NCBI GenBank assembly: GCA_030141605.1
Contig: JAQGDQ010000007.1
Location: 1,698,179-1,762,178 of the forward strand
Direction: 5' to 3'
Length of the DNA stretch: 64,000 nt
From: Tubiluchus corallicola
Taxonomy: Eukaryota > Animalia > Priapulida
Shown: one piece after another, positions 13,601 to 26,880 of the stretch
Numbering within the stretch: position 1 is the stretch's first letter
How the letters are laid out: each line of letters starts with the position of its first letter
The notes under the pieces: model-generated
Databases searched by the model: none
Told to the model about the DNA's origin: nothing
The model's input: only the letters and a program-made list of their open reading frames with translations
Position numbers and translations under genes: made by a program

Positions 13601-16600
13601 AGTGGACTATTTGTGAAAGTCGTATAACAGCACAGGAAAGAGTGACAAAGCACTATTACTGTTAAGTAGCACTTGGGTAGTAAATAAATAGCTTTGTTTG
13701 GGTTTATATCATTTTTTAATTTAGCTATTTAAACACTACTTTTTCCAGACAGAAGCAGATGGTGCAATTGGCGTTGAGGATGTCTCCAGTTTCCCATCGT
13801 TAACTGAAATCTCTTCTGCATATTGTTCTGTTGCAGAAATATACATGACTGATTGTTGGTGAGCAAAATTTCTTTTGCCTTGGGGTCTTTACTTACAGAT
13901 CTGATGAAGGAAGTATAACTCAAAATTGGTGTGATTATAAACATTACCCTCCTGTAAAGCCTGTAATTCAATAATATAGGTTTCCTGTTTTTTTTGTAAA
14001 AAATGGCAAAAACCAAAATCCTATTCATTAGATATTGAAACATGGGATTTTTAAATACTAGTTCTAGTTGTCTGCCAAATTTTAGCTAACTACATTTTTG
14101 CAAATGGTGTTGCTGAGCTGTATGATTATAATTTGAATAGAAAGAGCATTTGCACAACTTTGGTCTTATGAGTTTATGTATGTAACTTAGGAAAGTTGAA
14201 ATTTTATGGAATACGAAATATTGTTTGTTTGCCCATTTTATCCAGTCACCTTTTGAAGTTCATATTATGTCTTATCTTATCATTCTTGAAGGCTTCAATA
14301 TCTGATTTACAGTTTTGAAGAAAATGCAGAGCATCTTTGTAAAGGTTATATAGAAAAAGCCATAGAAACTGATCCAGGCAATCCAGAAGCTCATCATTTA
14401 AAAGCAAGCTTTCTTACTACTATAGGTAACCGTGAGGTAATATTTTTTAAACTTCATTATGAGACAAAAGTATAACATTTTGCTCTATTGATTTAGTTTT
14501 CACTATACACTACCTTAGTAATGAATAATGAACTGAGTAAAAAAATGCAAAAAGTCTGAATAAGAAAATTAGTCTTACATGTCGACGACATTATCACTTT
14601 TAATAATTGTCATACTTTGCTATTTACTGTCATGTAAATATTATGTTTATTGATATTATCCTTACTTATTTATCTGCTGTTTTCCTGCTGTCAAACTGGT
14701 TAAAACACTAAAAAATGAACAAAAAGACCCAAAGACATTTTTCTTGCAATGGATTATTCGATTCCAAATAACACTAATATGTTAAAATTCAGTTTGTGCA
14801 GTTTGTTATGCTTTGAGGAATGCAGTTTTAACATCTTACTTCCATGTTAAGAAAAAACAGTGTGTTGTTTTTACGTACAAGAAGTTGATGTTTGAATACT
14901 TTTAGCAACATTTCTTTTCTAACTTCCCAGATAGAGGTTATTTTTGCTTCAGTATTTAATGGATTACACAACAATAATTACCGAATCTCACAATTTACTT
15001 TTTTGGAGATTTATTGCTTGAAGAGAAATATATGAGCTTCTAATGTGTGTTTTTTACAGGAAGCCAAAGAATCTGCCGAGAAGGGTTTATCTCTCTGGCT
15101 TCCAAACCTCCAAGCTGTTCAGCAAGGGCATCTTGAAAGTGACTCCAAAGTCGACCTTGTTGAGGTATCAACTTTTGTTGACATTATTGGTCGTATTGTG
15201 GTATACACATTGACACCAGTGATGTAGTCAAGTCTTTCGGTACCAGTCCAAGTTGAGTTTCAAGTCCTTGGGGCTCAAGTCCAAGTCAAGTCTCAAATCA
15301 CTGTGACCAGCATTCAACTCAAGTCTTGAGTCTTATTGCCCAAGTTATTGTGTCTGTGTCTGAGCTGGGTCCTAGGTTATGTTCATGTTGTCATGTACAT
15401 CTTTAAATAGAGTTTCAAGATAAAATATTCTAAGGTTTAATCAATTTTCAAACTCCTGATTAATAATAATAAATTGTTATTTTTGGTGTTATTTTGCTTA
15501 TTACTGCACTAAATTTATTGAGTAATATTGATTATTGAATTTTGCTTACAAATGGTTTTACATTTTAATAGCAATTTTGCAGTGGTGTTATAGTGAGTAT
15601 TTATAACATAAAAATTATATTATAATCAGTAGTACTAATTACAATGTACAGGCAGTTAGTCAAGTTTCTTATTACATTTAAGAAACACTATGTCAATTAG
15701 GTTCTTATCTGACAAGCTTAGCTCTGTGGTCTTACTAACAAGCCACTCTGACTGAAGACTCGCACATGTAACAGATATCCTAGTAGCTGGGTATCTATAC
15801 ACTGATTAGCCAGTTTAAAAAGCCTGGCACTAAAAAAACTGACGTAATGTTTCTGATGTTGTGTCAAGTGTACATTTAATGTTGTAATAACAGGAAAGTT
15901 TTTAACTGAGCGTAGATGTGACCACAACGGTGACCCTAGAGAGTTCAAGAACTCCACTTAGGTATAAAATATAAACATGACAATAGGCAACAAACACTGT
16001 TCGAGTGCCAGAATTGAAATGCTTTGTTAAAGGAAGACAGGATGATTTTTCATATACTACCACATTTTCAAGTCCGATAAAAAATATACATTTTAACACA
16101 ATTAGTGCTGCAAAAGCATTTCTGTTAATTAAATAATAGATTAAAAACTTAGTTAATGGCGTGCGAGCACAACTATTGATGACATCACAAACTAACATCA
16201 TTTTCAACAGCAAAAAATATTCCACGAGCACGTTGCACGTGTTTGCAAAAGCGAAAACTGAGGCACAGTACTCCACTCAGTTAAAATCTCTTCGAACAAT
16301 GTAACTACAAGTAAAGGCTTTGTACCTTGTCCTATTTGAGGCTCCCTAGACTACCAATTTGTTAACCTCGGTGATTTAACACTTTTTCAGCAAAAAATTT
16401 GGCCCTTTAATAAAAAAGTAACTCGTTATCCTAATAAAAAACAATTTGTTAAAACTAAATAGGTTTAAAAATGTTTGATTACTTAAAAATTATAAATTTT
16501 TATTGTTTGATGTATAATTTTTAGCAGCTGCAGCATGATCTTTGCTGGAAATTTTATGAAAATTATGAAGTGTTAAAGCATTTGGTAAACAGTAGGCCGG

Positions 16601-17758
16601 GGCTAAGAAGTGCAGGGCCAAATTAGAAAATTATTAGTGGAGCTGTTTGCCCCACTAATGATGCAGAACAATATAAACAGTTTGGACATATTTAACAAAA
16701 CAAACTATATTCCAAGCGTTATGTTATATAACCTCATTAACAGCACTGTTTATGTTTTGAGTGTTTGAATATCATCATCAAATTAGCAAAATTAAAATCC
16801 AATGACAATCTAACTAATGCATATAGGGTTTTTACCATTTACTTTTTTAAAAGGTAAATTGCAAGAATAAACTGAAATTATAAAACAAATGAACAAACAA
16901 TCAGCAAAAAACATTGTAATATAGGTGATATGTGAGGAAAGACTGAATAGTTTCACTCCTTCACAGTATCAAGAAACTTCATGCACATTGGACACTCATT
17001 AATTCATCATAGCATCCTCCACTCGGGCGTGTGCACAGGGCCCCCTTTTGGCGCAGAGCCCATTTTGAACAAATGTGTCTATTTGACTTAAAACCAGTCT
17101 TGATAAACAGTTATTCAAAGTGGTTACTTCTAATAAAAAAGATTATTGCTAACGTGAATGGATCTAACAAATGCATTTTAGTTTTACACAACCTTGTTTA
17201 GTGACTGCAGAACTTCAATGAATCTGAAAGTTTTAATCACATGTTATGTTATTGCCATCTCTTATAGAAAACTATTGCTTTAATGCCATTTTGATAAAAC
17301 TACTGTAATAAAATTTGTTAATATTTAGGTTTGTTCACTCAGCATTCAGAGCAGGATAGCAATATCTCAGCTACTCATTGAACTAGAAGAATATGATGTA
17401 AGTTTTTTCTGAAATGCTTTTATCTACATGCCTAATTATGATATAAGTAAAACAAAGTTTTCTTTATTGTAAATAAAAACAATGTAATTAACTAAGCTTT
17501 TTAATTTCAGAAAGCAAATGAAGTCTTAGATCTTCTTGTTGATGAAGATGATGAAATTGCAATCGTAAGTTTTGATTTTAATTTTCTTGTTCGTAGATTG
17601 GACCAGTTACTTTTGTTTGTCATTTAGATTATCACAACTTTTTAAAAGAAATATGCATTTTTTCTGTGCAGGTTTGGTATTTACTGGGTTGGCTGAATTA
17701 CTTGAAAGGTTCTGACTATTATGGAAATGCAAAATTTTATTTAAATAAGGCAAAAAAG
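10602..17758 (+). CDS. TPR-repeat protein, probable assembly chaperone of ribosomal protein L4 (Acl4/UPF0661-like); terminal exon and stop not found
   Basis: Exons 10602-10659, 11371-11468, 12182-12328, 12923-13075, 13749-13858, 14313-14436, 15060-15164, 17329-17397, 17511-17564 and 17672-17758. All GT-AG and in frame, 335 codons. TPR helices (AQKFCHRALEIEPDN, LNRAVSLSPDEG, IEKAIETDPGNPEA) and Acl4 hallmarks SAYCSVAEIYMTDCCFEENAE, LLIELEEYD and DEDDE..VWYLLGW. A possible non-coding first exon ends at donor CTG|GTAAGC near 8264. Confidence 0.88.
15217..15345. mobile_element. Remnant end of a hAT-like element with CAAGTC subterminal repeats
   Basis: CAGTGATGTAGTCAAGTC start followed by many CAAGTC/GAGTC motifs; matching right end not identified. 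Confidence 0.35.
16593..17102. mobile_element. Degenerate hAT-type MITE in Acl4-like intron 7
   Basis: Imperfect TIRs TAGGCCGGGGCTAAG / CTTAAAACCAGTCTTG, flanked by an 8-bp TSD GTAAACAG / ATAAACAG (7/8 match). Confidence 0.6.
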
Positions 17759-19458
17759 GTAAGTAACACATTGTTAATGTTATGCTGGCACATTACATAG
17801 TGTAGCATGTAAATTTTATGCTGGCAGATTACATAGTGTAGCAATCATAGCAGTTATATAAGAGCATGCAATGTTATATAACTGCATAAACTAGTGATCT
17901 TGAAACTTTGAAACTGGTCCAAATGTCAGTGGAAATGTCAGCAAAATATTGTAAAAATTTTTTAACAACTTTATCATTTGCCTCCACCTTTTACTGGTAT
18001 ACCTATGTGTGTCATGTAATTTGTTGGAAATATGAAAAGCCATGGTTTTACTTTTTTGGTTTATTCCCTAATGTATGGAAAAATTGAGTAGTCTGCCAGC
18101 AAAAATGGGATGATAATAACAATTTTTGCTGGACAGTAAAGGTTGTAAAACAGTTGGTTTGGTGTCAGCATACTTACCAGTCACTCTTCATGATCAGATT
18201 TTTAATATCAGTATATCATTTTCCTAAAATTAATGTGCACAGCTAGGAGTCACTCAACATTGGAAACAGTTTGAGAAACTTACAGCATGTTTTATCTTTT
18301 CTTTGTACATTATTGTGGGCATTTTCTTTGAAATTTGTGTGATTTCATTATCAAAACTATGATTTTAACTGTCAAATTTTTCTTAAACTGTTGTTGACCT
18401 TTGGCACAAGGTGATTTGCAGGCAAAACTACAGACAAATGTGTTACAAAGAAACATCTCCTCATTTTTTCAACTTCATTTATGTACAAGATAACAGTCAG
18501 AAATAAAAGGATCATTCAAAATAGGTGACATGTGAAAAGCTGTTTACAAACATTTTTAACAGACAATTTGTAACAGATGCATTATGGGATTCCCCACTAT
18601 TCAGTTAGCTCATGTCGAGTAAAAATAAATAACTACATGCATGCAATACTTTGCATGTCCTGACTTTCTAGCTTATTCATATATATTTTAGTAAAGTTAA
18701 AGGAAGTTACTTGAAAATGATACATTGTGAAGCGTCACAGCCTGCTAATGCCCTATATGAGTGGCTCATTTAGAATAAGTAAGGTGCCATTTCTGTAGAA
18801 AAATGGAAACATAGTCCCACAAATGGGAAAAATTGAGCAGTATAATAATGCAAGGCAGTTATCATTATGCAAGACAACTGTCATATTCATATGACTATAT
18901 GCTTTGCTGAAACAAACATTGTAAAATAGACAATTAAATAATTTTAGCTTGTGAAGATCATCAACTGCCTTAACATTGTTTGACCAATGTTAGCAAAAAT
19001 GGTAGTATTAAAAACTCATATACAGCAACAAGTAAAAGCATTGCCATATTGGCTACATACCTCGTTAGGATCATGCTTGTTTTATTAGGCCACAAGTCGA
19101 TAAACATTTATATGTTCATTTACAAGTACATTAAATGCACTTGAGTGGTTCACTTTAAACCTCAAATGTAACACCAGTTCATGTTCTTGTCTACTGTGTT
19201 ACCTGTCAATTATTTTGCCCATTATGGTATCTGTTATGGAAGTTTTAAAAGACTCCACATCTTATCTATTATTATAAGAAATTTTTGAACATTCATTGCT
19301 TCATAAGCGTGATAACACTTTCTGCACCACATTACCTGTCTATAAAATAACAGAACACTACTCACAATACAACAGTATTATTTACAAACAAATTTACACT
19401 TTGTCTTTTATAAAAAGACACTAACTTCACAATAATACCAAACAGTCTAAATGCAGCA

Positions 19459-22095
19459 TTATACCGAGGTGACAATTGCTGTTGTTTCCGAGTTATCTAA
19501 GTGCTTCTTTGTTTCACTAGAGTGGATGGGTGGTGGTGGTGGGGGAGGAACAACAGACATAAAATCTCTTTCTTTTTTACTAACTGTCCTGCTTTTTAGC
19601 ACGCACACATAAGCACACAGAATGATTACTAAAACGGCACACATTCCCAATGAACTTGCTAGTATTATGATGATTAAGAAATGCTCATTTTCTATTCCTG
19701 TGCACACAGAAGCACTGTGATCACTGTTCTTTTTATCACTATTGGGAGTGTCTGTTTCAAAATGCTTGTTGTCATAGAAACCATTGTTCATTGAACTAGT
19801 GCACACAAATGACGACGGCTGTAAGCACATAATACACTTATTCATTAAATATGGCGGTCCATAACACGTGATACTGTTTAGTTCATCTATATCAGCAAGG
19901 CTGCTGCGCGATTTATTTTTCCACAACTCTAACCATTCACGCAACCATTTTATTTGACAGTCACAAATCCAAGGGTTCTTATTTATCCTTAAAGTCTTGA
20001 TGCCAAGTGCATGTGTTTTTGTCAGCACATCTGTGTCCATGCGCATAATCCGATTATGGCTGAGATCTAACCAGCTCAACATCTGCAGTTTTTTAAACAG
20101 CTGACCTTTAATAGTAGAAATATTGTTATAGCCAAGATCGAGCTGTTGTAATGTTGGAATGTCATTAAATGCACTGTCTGCTATATCTGTTATTGTGTTA
20201 TTTGCTAGCGATAAATGTCTGAAAGACTTCATGATCTGAAAACTACCATTTTCAATAACTTTTATCTGGTTGTGACTGATATTTATCACAATAACTTCGC
20301 TCAAGTTATAAAAACTATTCACTTGTATGTCGCTAATGTTGTTGTGAGATAAATCAAGGCTCTGTAAACTAGATAAATTCGAAAAAGTCCATGCTTGAAT
20401 CTTTTCTATGCGGTTGAAAGATAAATTAATAGCTGTTATAGAACTAGTAAATGGTCCACCTTGAAATGCCATTGGGTCAACAGTGCTGATATTGTTTCCT
20501 TCGAGGTGAATGTTCAGCAAACTCTTCATATTACAGAAAGAGTTATCTGGCAATCGGTATACGTTGTTGTTTTCCATCTGAAGGCTTTGCAAAGCGGTCA
20601 TATTTATAAAAGCTTCTTTTGGGAAAATACTAATGTGATTATTTCTAAGTACAAGGTGCTGAAGACTCTTTTCAACCCCAAGGAAGGCTTTTGAGCTGAT
20701 GTGATCGATTTTATTATTGCCTAAAGTGAGTATCCTTAGTGAACGGAGAGTAAAAAATGATTCGTCTGGTATCCATCGTATCTGATTATCTTGTAGAGAT
20801 AAGCTCCATAAATTAGTAAATCCATAGAGTGCTGATACTGGAATTTCTGTCAGCAAGTTTCCTTCCAAGTTAAGCGTTCCTGGGTTTTCTTTAAATTCCT
20901 CTAAGCTATTGGGTGGAATGTTGATATTTTGTATTTCATTGTTACCTAAATTAAGCACATGCAGTGATCTTAAGTTAGCTATTACTGTATACGGAAATTG
21001 ACTAATACGGTTACGTGAGAGATGTAGATAGACGAGGCTGTCTTCCAGCCCATTTAGTGCCCCATCAGATATGTTACTGATTTCATTAGCATCCAAGTTT
21101 AGGTTCATTAGATTGGGAAGATTGCGAAAACTGTCATTAGGTATGGATGTTATTTCGTTCGCCCCCAGTACTAAATACTGCAGTTGGTACATATTGAGTG
21201 CTTCTTTTGGTATCTCTTTTAACTTGTTACTGTGCAGATATAGCAATGTAACATTATCTAGACCGGAAAAGCCATGCTCTTCTATTGTGGTTACCTGATT
21301 ATAAGCAATGTTGAGATGCTCTAATTCAATGAGGCTGCTAAATGCTTGGTTTTGGATGGTTGTAATGTAATTATGAGATAACTTGAGTATAGCAAGTCTG
21401 TCTAAATGGCAAAATGCATTCGAAGTGATGTTCATTAGGTTATTGTTCCGTAAATCTAACTCTTGCAGTGCATCTAACCCTTTAAAGGCATTGTGAGCTA
21501 TGCTGTTTATGGAATTTGAATTTAATTTGAGCTGTGTCATTGACGGCAAAGAACTAAATGCATAATTGTGGAGCTTCGTGATCATGTTGTAACCAAGGTC
21601 TAGTTTTTTCAGATTGTGCAAACCTTCGAATACTGCAGATGGAACTTGCGCCATGTTGTTTTCTTTCAGTATCAGCTCTAATAAATAGTCTCTAGATTCT
21701 AAAAATGCTTCTGCTGCAATCGTTTCCAAGTTGTTATTTACAATGTGAAGCTCCTTTATTTTGAGGTGGGAAAGTGTTGGCTGAGGAATAGTGCTGATTT
21801 GATTGTACTCTATCACTAGTTTGGTGATGAAATTATCTTTGTTTACACTTTGCAGTGCTTCGTCGATGCTTTCCAAATTGCTGTTTTCACAGTGGATGTT
21901 AAGTGGATTGGTGCTGGTGCACCAACAAACACTCGTCTTCCTTGTCTCCAGAGGACACAGTTGTGTAGATACCTGGTTTATTAAAGAACAACCAACGTAT
22001 GCATGAAGAAGTTGATAAAACAGCCATAGCAATTTTTCCTGCTTCCCAGCCATTGTCTGCAAAAACCAACAAAAAACATTTACTGATTTAGCCAT
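19459..22095 (-). CDS. Single-exon leucine-rich-repeat transmembrane protein (chaoptin/IGFALS-like LRR array, LRR-TM, no TIR), 878 aa
   Basis: Uninterrupted 2637-bp ORF: signal-peptide-like N-terminus, LRRNT (CPLE...CWC...IHC), about 25 LxxLxLxxNxI repeats, LRRCT (NPWICDCQIKWL...ITCYGP), TM helix (FLIIIILASSLGMCAVLVIILCAYVCVL), polyproline tail ending VTSV. A splice acceptor at about 22505 suggests upstream UTR exon(s). Confidence 0.93.
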   Translation of the reverse strand: MAKSVNVFCWFLQTMAGKQEKLLWLFYQLLHAYVGCSLINQVSTQLCPLETRKTSVCWCTSTNPLNIHCENSNLESIDEALQSVNKDNFITKLVIEYNQISTIPQPTLSHLKIKELHIVNNNLETIAAEAFLESRDYLLELILKENNMAQVPSAVFEGLHNLKKLDLGYNMITKLHNYAFSSLPSMTQLKLNSNSINSIAHNAFKGLDALQELDLRNNNLMNITSNAFCHLDRLAILKLSHNYITTIQNQAFSSLIELEHLNIAYNQVTTIEEHGFSGLDNVTLLYLHSNKLKEIPKEALNMYQLQYLVLGANEITSIPNDSFRNLPNLMNLNLDANEISNISDGALNGLEDSLVYLHLSRNRISQFPYTVIANLRSLHVLNLGNNEIQNINIPPNSLEEFKENPGTLNLEGNLLTEIPVSALYGFTNLWSLSLQDNQIRWIPDESFFTLRSLRILTLGNNKIDHISSKAFLGVEKSLQHLVLRNNHISIFPKEAFINMTALQSLQMENNNVYRLPDNSFCNMKSLLNIHLEGNNISTVDPMAFQGGPFTSSITAINLSFNRIEKIQAWTFSNLSSLQSLDLSHNNISDIQVNSFYNLSEVIVINISHNQIKVIENGSFQIMKSFRHLSLANNTITDIADSAFNDIPTLQQLDLGYNNISTIKGQLFKKLQMLSWLDLSHNRIMRMDTDVLTKTHALGIKTLRINKNPWICDCQIKWLREWLELWKNKSRSSLADIDELNSITCYGPPYLMNKCIMCLQPSSFVCTSSMNNGFYDNKHFETDTPNSDKKNSDHSASVCTGIENEHFLIIIILASSLGMCAVLVIILCAYVCVLKSRTVSKKERDFMSVVPPPPPPPIHSSETKKHLDNSETTAIVTSV

Positions 22096-25000
22096 TATTT
22101 TTGATCAATAGATGCTTTTGCCAATACAATTCTCAAATTGACATTTTCAAAATCGTATCATCTTCAGTGAACAAATTACATTCTTTTAGTTGGCAGTAAT
22201 GCCGTCACAAGAATTGATCAGAAGCTAATTAATGTTGTCGCTGGACTGAAAATTATATTTGAGCACCAATGCATCAAAAACTGTGCTTTTCACAACACCT
22301 TTCTGATAACTCCTTGTGTGTGAATTCAGTAATGAAGGCAATTTGCATATTGAAAGCATAATAATAATGTGAATAATCACGTTCCTCCACTCTACAACGA
22401 ATTTGTGAGGCTCGTTATAGTAAAATCACGCGGCTGCGAACATAAAGCTTCTTATGAACACACAAACTGCAAGCAGTATATATTCTTCTATACAAAGATA
22501 CTACCTGTTTAAAATGTATAAGTGACAGAAAGCTGATTATCCAGTGCATTACAGTAGAAATTAGCTGACAAAACAACAAACATTTTTTTTATTTTCAGTC
22601 AGTACTTAAACTGTTCAGCTCATTGCACAACTGTTGACTGCCTTACAAAATTACTAAATTTTATGTATAATTTTGCACAGTGACAATGCATAATAGATAG
22701 GCAGCTGGTTATTTTAAATAAGCCATGTTAGGTCAAAGCTACAGTGTTTCATTTCATTCTAGGAGTTTTAGAAGTCCATACACATATTTTACCCAGATCT
22801 CATGGGTGACTGACGCAGATCAATATGAAATTTTCTGAACAGCAAAACATCTGCGTAACCCTTTATGTGTCACTGCTTATTACAACTCTTCTTCTTTGGC
22901 CATGTTTACCTTCTTGGGCTTTGTAAATCAGGACTCTTGAAAAGCAGTCCCATCTATACAGCAGTTGAAAGTGTAACGTCTCTGAAAGCGTAAATCCAGA
23001 TAAATTTGTATAATGGTTTTGGCCTTTTATTATTTTTAAATTAAGAACGTAGGTTGACGGTAATAGACGTTCCTATAGTTTGACTTTTGTGATATCGTAG
23101 TTTTATTTTCAGTGATATCTGTTTTTGAGATAGCTGCAGTATCGATAAAGAAACCTCAATTAGACAGATATTTAAAAGCAGAGAAATTCAGGCACGTTTG
23201 TTTTTACCAAGCTTTCATCCAACTATATACGAACGCAATATTTCTAAATTACTTCTCAAACTTTGATGTTATTCTCGTACGCATCTATTTACTGACTTGA
23301 TTAAGACAGCAAAAGTTCTCCGAAATTCTGAGTGGCTTTTGTTATTGCAGGCTTAGTTTGCATTGTTTCTGAAATAGCTTTTAAAAGTCTGTGAATTGTG
23401 CCCTTTTAGTATCAAAGTATGTTGTATTAGGACCTATAAATACGTGGTAGATTCTGAGCCAAATTGAGGAATATCTGTGACATCTTACACTCACAAAATC
23501 TTGCTTTAAAAATAATATTTTGTAGACAATCAATAATTTTCCTCATGATCTGGACGTTCTTCTTAGTTACATATACCAAGTACTTTTATTCTGATATAAT
23601 GATATTTTATGTGGTTAATTAGTGATTGTTATGAGTCATTTATCATTAATTACTTGATCAAAAAATCACATCTAAGATTCATTGAAGTGGCAAACTTTAT
23701 TTTAATTTATTTAATATGGTGTTTACGTTCAAATAACTGGGAATTTAAGTGTGAGTCTGTGCCGTGTGAAACTCTCGGTAGTCTGACTTGCGTTGATAAA
23801 ACCATTTGAAAATCTGTCATGCCTAATATGATATCATTATGTTAGTGAAGTTACTGACCATTTTGCTCACAACTTCCTTAAACTGAAAAATACTGTAGCA
23901 CCATCGTTATTAAGGACTGAACTTTTTATCACACTGCTATTGGCTTATTGGCAAAACCGATATCAATCAAAATTATGCTGCTTTAAATGGCTCAATATCC
24001 TTGTATTTCTCATTGCTATTTTTTCTTCTGTCTTGCTAAAAGCTTCAGTTGCATTCTTCTTTCACTCTGATTCTGATGCGACACCCGCCGTTAAATTATA
24101 TTGTCTCGGCTGGCGAACTATCGTTATGAATTTCATAAAGGCACCGGCGAAATTTCGCTCTACAGTCGCTAGCTTGATTTGCAGCTGACACACGAAAATG
24201 AAATCTCCTTTGCTGACAAATTAAAACGCGTTTCTATTATGCCGTAGGTAACTGACACTGCGCATCTCAGTAGCTTCAGCTGCATTGTGAAACTAGGCTC
24301 AATTTATGTGGCAGTTAATTAGCTTTCACGAATTTTTCCCAATAGAAAACGCATAGGAAACACAAAGCCCGATATTCTGGCTTCTAATTAGAAATTGTTT
24401 ATTGCTCACTTTAATAGGAATGAGAGTCTGTAAATTACTCACTGGTGAGCTCTACTGCTAACTGTTATTAAAGCTGGTTGTAATACAAATAAGCTCAGTT
24501 CAATCTGTGTCGCGGTAATTACCCTTGGATGACCATTGGCTTGTCCTTGTTAGGTCGACTAAATTGTCTGCACAAGGTGGATCAATATAGTAAATTCACA
24601 TTGACCCCAATTTATCGTCTGTTGTACAGGAAGCCAGCCTGCTAGTACTTTGACTGGTTTCAGTTTAATGTCAATACTGTTTTGAAATGGCTTCACTTCC
24701 TTCTTTCTATTTGTCCTCCGAACTGGCATGCGCCTGAAAATTCTCTCTGATCTCAAAAACGTTGCGGATTGGCAGAATGAATTGTTTAGATTATACATAT
24801 GATATACTCTGCAGAGCATGGAGCTCAACTGAACAGACGACATTGCTGAAATTGTCTTTCTTTTCAGTCCATTAAACCGTTCGATAACCAATTGTTTTCA
24901 ATACGTAAACGATTCAATTTAATACCCATTTTTCTGCGAATTTTAGTACTTACAAAACGAATTTTTAGTAGCTTCGCTATGCTTGAAAGCAGGGCCAGCT

Positions 25001-26069
25001 ATACCACTAGGGAAATTAGGCACTTGCCCAGGATGCCAAATTTTTTGGGGCGCCAAATTCTGGAAGTAATTCTTAAATTTTTTAGATTAGTTTTAGCATA
25101 AGTAATTGTATATATTATACTAATGTACTATACTATACTAATATTATACTAATATAACATAGTGTGTGTATAACATAAATGCACAACGTTTTAACTTGCT
25201 GAAACAAACTGCTTGTGTTATACTCCTGTCGAAATATATAGACGCCAATATGAACTTGTCTTCTTGCAGCAAAATACTTTCCATTTTTGCTTTACCTGCC
25301 TTCTTAAGATTACATTATTCAACGTTTTATTGTAGACACCATTAGCATGTTAACCCGCTTTTGCGTACAGTGTACATTGTACGCATACTGTGTGGCAGCA
25401 GAGAAAGTAACGACTCTTCATTTTATAAAAAAATTTCTTGCAAAAGCGCATCTAATTATGACAAATAAATCTATAAAAATAGAAGCTTTCAGGGCCATAA
25501 TACGGGAAAAACAAGGTAAAAAAGCTGGTGAACATTGAACGGCAAAAGATTCGTCAAAGAACTATTTGCAATCAGACAGAGTTATGGCTGTGAAGATGAT
25601 GAAACTAGTAATTTGGTGTATGAAAAAGAAGTTATTGTTTCAAAAATTTTCTGGTGAAAAGATCGAGCGCATAGTCAAGAGTATGTACACGAACAATATG
25701 CAGCAGAAATTGCAATGGACTCATAAATTCAACTTGAAATGAAATCGACACAAGCTGTAGATAGATAATTGACTACAGTTAATTAGTACACTTAGTAAAC
25801 TAGCTATTGGACAAAAAGCTGCGCATTCAATTTCTCGTTTTGTTATCGTCATTTGATGTATTTTAAGATTATTAATGGTTATCTGTAAATTAATTTCTCG
25901 GGTAAAGCAGCCATGATGTTCGGGACAGGGTGCTTAGTCCCGTATCTTCGTTGATGGGACACACACTCAGACTGAATGTAACTTACCTAATATAGATAAT
26001 TAACACACTTTGCATGAATGTAAATGACATATATTACGAAAAAATAAGATGATCTGAATTTGGTCCATG

Positions 26070-26880
26070 GTACAAGGGTGCCGATGACGTCGTCACTGCC
26101 CCTGGCGTACAACTTAGACACAAAATTCTTGTAGCAAATGGCCGATTTCTTATTGGTCCATAATACATTTCGTAACATTTTGTGGCTTCGCTTGCAAGTT
26201 AGGTACAAATAATTTATTTTGCGAACTGGCTAAAGGGTACTGATGACGTAATTTGGTCACTTCGTGTGTTCCTAGATCATATCATTAATCATTTTACCAA
26301 ATGAAAGCGCACATAACACTTCCTGTTCGTCCCTGCTAATAGTAGCGAAGAGTCTATCTGTGATCATTTTTAAGTTATAAGCCTCCAAAGTGCATGTTCC
26401 TAAGCACAATTTCGTGACCTTTTAGTGTCCTGGGACAGTAAGCCAAAATGCAAAATTTTATAAAAATGCCCAAAAACGCTATTAAAATGGTTCAAAGAAA
26501 CTTTCCTAAACGTTTGGCAGCTGTATCCAGTCAGTTCTCTTTTTTCAGCTAATAGACCAGACTATTGATTTTGTGAAATGGATAGAGGGGTACCAATGAT
26601 GTAATTTGGCCATTTCGAGTGTTCCAATGTCACTAATCGTACTACCAAAAGAAAGCCCACATTTAAGTTCCTATTCGCCCCTAATAGTACATAAGTGTCT
26701 ATCTGTAAACGTTTTGGAATTATAAGCCTCCAAAGTGGACTATTTCGTGACCTTTTAGTATCACGGGACAGCGGGCCGAAGTGCAAAATTTTATTAAGAT
26801 CGCCAAAACGCCGTTAGAATGACCTAAAGAATCATTCCTGAAAGTTTGGTAGCTGTGTCTGGTCAGTCTCCATTTCGTTA
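26070..26880. repeat. Interspersed repeat with diverged ~350-bp internal tandem duplication
   Basis: About 26230-26545 resembles about 26585-26870 (GGGTAC..ATGA.GTAATTTGG, GTCTATCTGT, TATAAGCCTCCAAAGTG, TTTCGTGACCTTTTAGT, TGCAAAATTTTAT). A third partial motif lies at about 26075. Confidence 0.55.

Noticed and set aside
20461-22006. Short plus-strand ORFs over the LRR gene (likewise 62858-63239 over TDH)
   Set aside because: Antisense shadows of real CDSs with no independent motifs.
25540-25660. Plus-strand peptide SYGCEDDETSNL... as the missing Acl4-like last exon
   Set aside because: No polypyrimidine acceptor, and no following H..ELL helix or acidic tail; probably chance or TE debris.
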